This document shows, in pieces, positions 58,185 through 64,000 of a stretch of DNA of 64,000 nt; within the stretch, counting starts at the first letter, position 1; each line of letters begins with the position of its first letter. The DNA is taken from positions 30,088 to 94,087 of the forward strand of contig JAZQGX010000291.1 of the NCBI GenBank assembly GCA_045540275.1, read 5' to 3'. The position numbers and the translations under genes are program-made. The notes under the pieces were generated by a model. That model saw nothing but the letters and a program-made list of their open reading frames with translations, searched no databases and was not told where the DNA came from. This DNA comes from Kiritimatiellia bacterium (GTDB taxonomy: Bacteria; Verrucomicrobiota; Kiritimatiellia; RFP12; UBA1067).

Positions 58185-59008
58185 GTAGCGATATTAAAAT
58201 ATTTAATATTTTTTTATCATTGACAAACACACGCTTAATTCACGCATCTAATTCACGTATCATCTCTGCAAGACTATTGAATAGTGCAGTTGTTTTAATG
58301 TTGCCAGTGCATCAAAACACATCGCAAGTCATTTCTTCTAAACCTTCTAACCTCCAACCAACTCCCAACACTTCCCCATTCCTCATTGGTATTGAAAACT
58401 GGTACTGGCAACACTTTCACATCCTGTCCACCGTAGCCTTGGCGAAGGTGGATGGCAACATTCCCTAGCGTCCACAAATCAACACTCATCTCCACAAATC
58501 TGATTTATGAGAATTGGTGTCACTTTGTGGATAAGATTTTCGTGCCCCTCTACATCACTTCATCTGCACACGGAATGTAAACATAAAAAATAGGTCGTTT
58601 GATGGCTCGCGCTAAGTTCGCCAAGTCCGCGAAGTTTTTGCGGCGGAGCTGCAACAAAAGCTGTTGTGGCGGCGACACTAAAACGCCGCACAAGTGGTGC
58701 TACACGAAAAAGGTTGGAAAGTTTAGTAGATTTTGAAGGTTTAGGGGTAGTTCGTATTCGAGAACCATTCCCAGTTCCCTATTCCCCGTTCCCCTCATTT
58801 TCGTGTTATTTCGTGACGGCGAAGCCGTTTCGTGTTTGCGGCAGGTGACGCCCCCCCGATAGGGTGAATCGGAGATGGACGCACAGCCGAGGCGAAGCCT
58901 CAAGGTGTGTGCGGACAACTACGATTCAATCGCGCATTGCCACGATTCGTCACCGCCGCAGATTTTGTGGTCGCGCAGAGCGCACAAACGGCGCGAGGTG
59001 CGCGAAAC

Positions 59009-59036
59009 AAAAAAGCCCACCGTTGGTGAGCTTTTT
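59009..59036 (-). terminator. Rho-independent terminator after the 59-64 kb operon
   Basis: Hairpin AGCCCACC-gtt-GGTGAGCT with one mismatch, flanked by an A-run and T5. On the minus strand it is followed by TTTTTTGT. It lies about 55 nt after the stop at 59089. Confidence 0.5.
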
Positions 59037-59088
59037 AATTAATGTTGCAAATAAAACGCAATCCCGCTTTCAGATGTTTTATACTGAA

Positions 59089-59700
59089 CTAAAAGACTTC
59101 TAATTCCATAGGGGGTTCGACACCAAGAATATCAAATAACATTTCACAATCTGTCGGCGACAAATTATTAGCTTTAGCCAACATCAATTCCTCTTGCCAA
59201 TCAGGTGAAATACGTAGATACTTGCGAGCATAAAAATCGAACTTGATATATGCAAGAAAGTAATGAAATACCCCACGATCTTCTACCATCAATGCTGCAT
59301 TGACATATTCAATGGCTTTTTTAATATTCGCCATAGGAGTAAGAAATGCTTTCTTGCCCTTCAGCAACGAAACTGCAGCATAGAAGGATGCTTCAGGATT
59401 GTCTAAATTCTCTTCTATTGCTTCCTCAAACCGTTGCAATGCCTTGTCGTAGAGTTTCAGCTTGAGATAGCATCCGCCGATGGTGAATTTCATGTCGGCG
59501 GCAAGTTCTGGCGACACGCCGTCCCTCAAGTCTTTATCCAGCGCACGTGACAACTTGTTGAGCGAAGGCAAGTCCTGTGCATATACGCTGTTGAAACTTG
59601 TAATAACAATTGCCTTGCCACAACAAGGACACTCTGACATGGCTGGCGCAAGTGCCTCACAACATCCGCTACACTTCATGTCAACGACTTTTACTGCCAT
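59089..59700 (-). CDS. Zinc-ribbon protein with TPR-like helical repeats
   Basis: N-terminal CSGCC...CPCCG zinc ribbon, followed by helical repeats (GGCYLKLKLYDKALQRFEEAIEENLDNPEASFYAAVSLL). Confidence 0.55.
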   Translation of the reverse strand: MAVKVVDMKCSGCCEALAPAMSECPCCGKAIVITSFNSVYAQDLPSLNKLSRALDKDLRDGVSPELAADMKFTIGGCYLKLKLYDKALQRFEEAIEENLDNPEASFYAAVSLLKGKKAFLTPMANIKKAIEYVNAALMVEDRGVFHYFLAYIKFDFYARKYLRISPDWQEELMLAKANNLSPTDCEMLFDILGVEPPMELEVF

Positions 59701-59736
59701 TTTATACTGCCTTTCTTTGTTTGTTGTTTACGTCAA

Positions 59737-60426
59737 TTACTTGTAAAGCGCTATTTGTCGTTCACGTTCGCGAACGAGATCAATACCTTCCCCGGCAATG
59801 GTTTCCAGACTCTTAGGATCTCCGTTCCCAATAGCAGATTCTATGTTCGCGACATGCGAACGTATCTGGTCTTCAAGCATGGAGACCTGGGGGATTGTCC
59901 GTATGGACGCGCCAAAGACCGCATCGCGAAAACGCTCTATGCTTCGTCGCATATCCCTCGACGGCACACGTTGCATGGCAAGTTCAAGCCTACCAACGCA
60001 ATCCTTTATGAAGAATGCGTCACGTCGATTACGCTGTTCGTTTGCCTCCGTATGAGACTCCGCATTCATCAGCAACAAATAATGGAAAATATAAAATCCG
60101 ATAATGATGGCATGAACAATAACAGGGAAAGTGATGGTGGAATTGTTTATAAGAATCAATATCACACCCCAAATCAAAGACGCCGTGAAATAACCGTACG
60201 CGACCATCATCTTCGGATAGACATGCACAACGCTCCCGCTTGAATCAAATCGGTTGAAGGAAAGCGAAGACACGCAGAACAACAGATATGACAGGTGGAT
60301 TCCTACATACGACACCCATCTCGCAGGCGTATGGTTCTCGATCATGTTGAAATACAAAACGTTGAACACCAATATTACAACGAGATAGAGCGCAATTTTC
60401 GCGATTGAATTCTTTTGCATTTTCAA
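59737..60426 (-). CDS. Hypothetical membrane protein (about 4 TM) with helical cytoplasmic C-terminal domain
   Basis: Four hydrophobic spans in the first 125 aa are followed by a charged helical tail. I recognise no family. Confidence 0.55.
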   Translation of the reverse strand: MKMQKNSIAKIALYLVVILVFNVLYFNMIENHTPARWVSYVGIHLSYLLFCVSSLSFNRFDSSGSVVHVYPKMMVAYGYFTASLIWGVILILINNSTITFPVIVHAIIIGFYIFHYLLLMNAESHTEANEQRNRRDAFFIKDCVGRLELAMQRVPSRDMRRSIERFRDAVFGASIRTIPQVSMLEDQIRSHVANIESAIGNGDPKSLETIAGEGIDLVRERERQIALYK

Positions 60427-60437
60427 CTCCTTTCCTG

Positions 60438-61694
60438 TCAGCAGACCTTAGTTCCGCAGTTCGGGCAGAACTTGAATCCGGCCGGGACATTCGCTCCACA
60501 GCCTGAACACGTAGCACTCTGCGGCAGAGGCTGTCCGCAATTCCCACAGAATTTCCCACTTCCGGCAATCTCGCCGCAATGCGGACACACGGTTTGTGGA
60601 GCAGATGCAGACGCGGGAGTTGCCGTCTGCTGCGGCGATGCCTTGGGGGCGAAACGCGATGGTCCAGAAGGAAAAGATGGCGGTTGTTGCTGCGAGGGAG
60701 CTTGCATAGGCGAGAACATGGCGGCAGCCATGTTGCCCATCACGCCACCAGCAACCATCCCCATGCCCAATCCCGCACCAGTTGCCGCAATGCCACCTGC
60801 ACCGGGGTTATTCACCATGTCTCTCATTATGTCCCGTGCTTGTATTCTCTGCCAATGTTCCCCTTGTATATTTATCTGCTGCATCTCACCAAGTGCCTTT
60901 TCTGCCATCTCCATCTGGTGAAGGCCAAAAGAAGCACGCCTCTTTTTGTAATCCTTGAACTCATCGGTTTCAAGAACATTCAATGTCGTCAGGTAAAAGT
61001 TCTCAAGGAGCATCCCGAATTTTCTAAATCCGTCGTCAAGAATGGTTTCTAATTTTTTGGCAATGTCAGGAAGGAACTTCTGCACGCCAAAAATGCCATT
61101 TTCCACACTTTCTATTACGGCTGCTATGTTGCTCTTTACGAAAGCATCCAGTTGAGGACGGATGACCTCCTTATTTACTTCTTCCTTAGTCCGAGGCTGA
61201 TCCCATCTTATTGCCGTTCCTTGAGAGTCCTTTGACAAGAAAAGCTTGGGGTCTTGAATGCTTACTGTATAATTTGCCTGTGCCTGAAGTTCTACGGGAA
61301 CATTTATAAAATCTCCACCCGGAAGAAATGGCGGCATGTGCATTTCCACTGGAATGGGAGTCTGTGTTCCCCACCGAAGATTTGTCATTGGCTTTTTGTT
61401 GATAAAGAAAACCGTATACTTGTATGAGTTCTCTCCTCCGGAGAAAGACGCACGCAATCTGTCAAGAAAAGGATAGTTGCTGGTCGTAAGCGTGTAACGC
61501 CCCCCCGAAAACGATTCAACCAGTTTCCCATTATCGAGAAGCAAGGCGACATCATCCTCGTTTACCTGCAAGATACTGCCGTTGCGGAAATCCTCAGTTG
61601 GATGCCGCCATATCGGATATGCTCCAGTTCCCTGCTCACGTGCAATGACTTGATATGCGTTGTGAAGGTTTTTTATGCTTGAGAAGAGTCCCAT
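60438..61694 (-). CDS. SPFH-domain protein (COG4260 / YdjI-like) with C-terminal double zinc ribbon
   Basis: The N-terminus MGLFSSIK...IWRHP...NGSILQVNEDDVALLLDNGK is typical of the 'virion core protein-like' SPFH family. A Gly/Met/Pro-rich linker precedes CPHCG...CGNCG and CSGCG...CPNCG. Confidence 0.8.
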   Translation of the reverse strand: MGLFSSIKNLHNAYQVIAREQGTGAYPIWRHPTEDFRNGSILQVNEDDVALLLDNGKLVESFSGGRYTLTTSNYPFLDRLRASFSGGENSYKYTVFFINKKPMTNLRWGTQTPIPVEMHMPPFLPGGDFINVPVELQAQANYTVSIQDPKLFLSKDSQGTAIRWDQPRTKEEVNKEVIRPQLDAFVKSNIAAVIESVENGIFGVQKFLPDIAKKLETILDDGFRKFGMLLENFYLTTLNVLETDEFKDYKKRRASFGLHQMEMAEKALGEMQQINIQGEHWQRIQARDIMRDMVNNPGAGGIAATGAGLGMGMVAGGVMGNMAAAMFSPMQAPSQQQPPSFPSGPSRFAPKASPQQTATPASASAPQTVCPHCGEIAGSGKFCGNCGQPLPQSATCSGCGANVPAGFKFCPNCGTKVC

Positions 61695-61728
61695 CTCGTT
61701 TCCCTTTCTGTCTGTTGACCGTTAAAAG

Positions 61729-63513
61729 TCATCTTTCGTTTACCCGTTGCCTAAACCATGCATCAGCCACAGCGTCGCGTTGACCTGGACGATCGTTTGC
61801 CTCCATGCTCGGATCGGTCGGCGGCGGAACATCACCGGAACCCATGCCCGCTCCATTATCAGACGCTTCCGCGAGTCTGTCTTTCAACCCGCCGCCTGAG
61901 GTGCCATCGTCTGACGCCTCCTTGTAATCACCTAGCTTGTCGGTGTCTGGCACGACAATCTGGCGCGCGCCGCCTTCACATTCCACGACATCCGTTCCAT
62001 CGGAATCTCTAGCAGGGGCCACATCACTGACATACGCCGTTGTCGGCTCTTCGACTTCGCGATGCGAAACCGTGTCGGCAGAGCGTTCTCCAATCACGGA
62101 ACCATCCTCTGGGTTCCTTTCATATTCAGGCAGCGCGTATTTATCTTTGACAGCATCCTCATCTATGTTTCCAGACTCATCCATTACACCCTGTTTTTTC
62201 AATTCGTCATCAGTCGTGTAATAATTGCTTCCCTCGTTGAAACGGTGGTCGCTATCCTCAACCCTTGCCAATTCTGTCCCCTCGTCCAATGTAACCTTCT
62301 CCCATCCCTCGCCGGAGGATATAGTATCCATTGCTTTGTCATATAATTCACGGTGTCGGTCATCGTCTTGCCCAGCTTCGGCCACATCATTTTTCATCAA
62401 GTCGTCATACATCTCATTGGCGACCTGAGCTTCACGATAAACCTCGTCAGTGACTTCTTCCGATGGTTCTACAAGCGATTCGAACTTCCCCGAATCATTC
62501 TCCTCCCTCTCGTCATTTGATTCTGGCGGCATTTCCGTCTCCTCCAAGGCCGCCGCATCTTCTGTCGCCAATTCTTCTTGGGGGGAGGCATCAACGGACT
62601 CGTCCAACGGTTCTGCAGTTTCGTCATCAGCAGATTCTTGCGTTTCTTGTGACTCCGACTCCTGCTCTGCCTGCTCTTGCGCCTCCCGTGCTTCACGGTC
62701 GGCTTGTTCCTGCGCCTCGCGCTCCGCCGCCTCCGCCTTGGCCTGTTCTTCTTCTGCCTCTCGCAGGGCTTCTTCGCCCGCCTTCTCCGCCTCGAGCGCG
62801 GCGCGTTCCGCATCTTCGCTGGCCGATTCCGCTTCCTTCGCCTGCTCTGCCGCCGCCTCTGCCGCCTGTTCTGAGACTTCCTGCGCTTGTTCGGATGCCG
62901 CGTCTGCCGCACCCGCAGCATCGCCTGCAGCATCAGCAAGCGCTTGTGCGTCACTTGCAGCATCCTTGGCCTCGTTCACCGCGGCATCCACGGCGGCGGC
63001 ATCCGTCATATCAACATCTTTAAGCCGTTCCACCGCCTGCTCTGCATCTCGCGCCGCCGCCGCATCGTCCGCCGTGTCGGAAGCCGCATCGGCCTTCTCG
63101 TCAGTCGCATCCTCGACTTTCTCGGCCTCTTCAACCGCCTCTTCGGCAGCAGCTACATCCTCTTCAATCGCCGCCTCTTCCTCCTGAACCTCTTTCTGAA
63201 AATCTTCCGCTATCGCATCTTCCGATGCCCCGTCTTCAATCGGTGCGTCATCGTCTGCCGACACATCCTCCGCAAGCGGCTCAGACTCTGCGGCGCCATC
63301 ATCAGACCAGGAGTCAGACATGTCGGAGCTCTCTTCGCTCAACTCGGAAAATGAATCTTGTGAATCGTCATACGAAGCGTCAGATGAAGAATCCGAGAAA
63401 AAGTCGCCTGAAGAGTCGGACGAGGTGGCAGATGAAAAATCAGAAGAGCTATCCGACGACACATCGGATGAGGTGTCAACACTTGAAGAGCTGTCGTCCG
63501 TATCGTCGCACAT
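61729..63513 (-). CDS. Hyper-acidic low-complexity protein with globular C-terminal domain
   Basis: 594-aa ORF with AGGAGG 9 nt upstream and a 3-nt gap to the upstream ORF. It has a Ser/Asp-rich region, then an Ala/Glu-rich region, then about 200 aa of ordinary-complexity sequence. Confidence 0.65.
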   Translation of the reverse strand: MCDDTDDSSSSVDTSSDVSSDSSSDFSSATSSDSSGDFFSDSSSDASYDDSQDSFSELSEESSDMSDSWSDDGAAESEPLAEDVSADDDAPIEDGASEDAIAEDFQKEVQEEEAAIEEDVAAAEEAVEEAEKVEDATDEKADAASDTADDAAAARDAEQAVERLKDVDMTDAAAVDAAVNEAKDAASDAQALADAAGDAAGAADAASEQAQEVSEQAAEAAAEQAKEAESASEDAERAALEAEKAGEEALREAEEEQAKAEAAEREAQEQADREAREAQEQAEQESESQETQESADDETAEPLDESVDASPQEELATEDAAALEETEMPPESNDEREENDSGKFESLVEPSEEVTDEVYREAQVANEMYDDLMKNDVAEAGQDDDRHRELYDKAMDTISSGEGWEKVTLDEGTELARVEDSDHRFNEGSNYYTTDDELKKQGVMDESGNIDEDAVKDKYALPEYERNPEDGSVIGERSADTVSHREVEEPTTAYVSDVAPARDSDGTDVVECEGGARQIVVPDTDKLGDYKEASDDGTSGGGLKDRLAEASDNGAGMGSGDVPPPTDPSMEANDRPGQRDAVADAWFRQRVNER

Positions 63514-63516
63514 GGG

Positions 63517-64000
63517 TTACACCCTCCTTTCTAGCGTTGCACGTATCGTTGCATCTGAAAGTTTTATGGAGGTTTCGTATTTGATCTTTCGCAAAAAATG
63601 CATCCTTGCGCATTTCGCAAGCGGCTTCGTAAGCGGTTCATCATTTAACTCTGCGGCAATCAGCCGGGAGATATGGGAGTACACGTCCCTCAATTTCTTC
63701 TGTTCACTCGTTTGCAACGTGAAGTTGCGGGAATAGATGCGCCTTGCGATTTCACGGGCAAGGGCACGGCAGCTGAAGTCGCATCTGCCTCCGCACTCCG
63801 CCGCATACGCACACTCGGGGTACGGCATGAGCATCTTCTCCTTACCGTTCCAATAGGTCGTGCGTTCCTTGATGGATTCGTCTGAGAGGGAAATCGAAAT
63901 GTTGTTGGCCGCTCGATAGTCCTCGGTCTTTACCTCTTCTGGCTCTTCAAGACGGTCGAAGAAAAGCATAGCCTCGCCAGGACGCAGACGCGCCAAGCGT
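63517..64000 (-). CDS. C-terminal part of a larger protein, possibly a HerA/FtsK-like NTPase (5' end outside the window)
   Basis: The frame stays open to the window edge. GEAMLFFDRLEEPEEVKTEDY resembles the post-Walker-B region of DUF87/HerA-type ATPases. It is followed by a Cys-rich segment, PECAYAAECGGRCDFSC. Confidence 0.4.
   Translation of the reverse strand, partial: RLARLRPGEAMLFFDRLEEPEEVKTEDYRAANNISISLSDESIKERTTYWNGKEKMLMPYPECAYAAECGGRCDFSCRALAREIARRIYSRNFTLQTSEQKKLRDVYSHISRLIAAELNDEPLTKPLAKCARMHFLRKIKYETSIKLSDATIRATLERRV

Noticed and set aside
58420-58451. Hairpin TCCACCgtagccttggcgaaGGTGGA as a REP-like element or terminator
   Set aside because: There is a single copy in the window and no U-tract. 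I could not show repetition, so I did not call it a repeat family.
58602-58736. 44-aa Cys/Lys-rich ORF as a RiPP precursor or small toxin gene
   Set aside because: It has no Shine-Dalgarno sequence, no adjacent modification or immunity genes and no recognisable leader/core pattern. It is kept only as a note inside the non-coding-region finding.
62450-63187. 245-aa Ser/Ala/Cys-rich plus-strand ORF opposite the acidic protein gene
   Set aside because: It is the complement of GAx/GCx-rich codons. The minus-strand frame is 594 aa long, has AGGAGG upstream and fits the operon spacing.

Overview
This is a 64-kb window of a moderately GC-rich bacterial chromosome with anaerobe-like gene content. 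All but two confident genes lie on the minus strand. Housekeeping blocks (metF/metH, nadD, an RND efflux pair, argJ, recN, dnaN, murA, tkt, infC, guaB, mnmE, ribBA, hisHF, adhE) are interrupted by three regions of interest. (i) A ~10-kb AT-rich defence island at 37.5-47.3 kb carries a compact OLD-nuclease/UvrD-like helicase (Gabija-like) pair, a BsuBI/PstI-type R-M pair, a Fic protein and several R-M gene fragments. It also carries a duplicated promoter/leader cassette and an uncharacterised module made of a 131-aa protein, a coiled-coil membrane protein and a T5orf172 protein. The island abuts a 118-bp internally deleted guaA remnant and has no recognisable recombinase. (ii) An adhE-linked sensory [FeFe]-hydrogenase signalling cluster (HydS/hfs-like) lies at 49.7-55.4 kb. 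(iii) An AT-richer operon runs from 59.1 kb past the window end at 64 kb. It encodes a partial NTPase-like protein, a hyper-acidic protein, an SPFH/double-zinc-ribbon protein, a 4-TM protein and a zinc-ribbon/TPR-like protein, and I cannot match it to a described system. The best candidates for something new are the island tail module (37.5-39.5 kb) and the 59-64 kb operon. I recognised no rRNA, tRNA, CRISPR array, transposase or integrase. All calls rest on motif recognition by eye and on gene context; no database search or computation was run.
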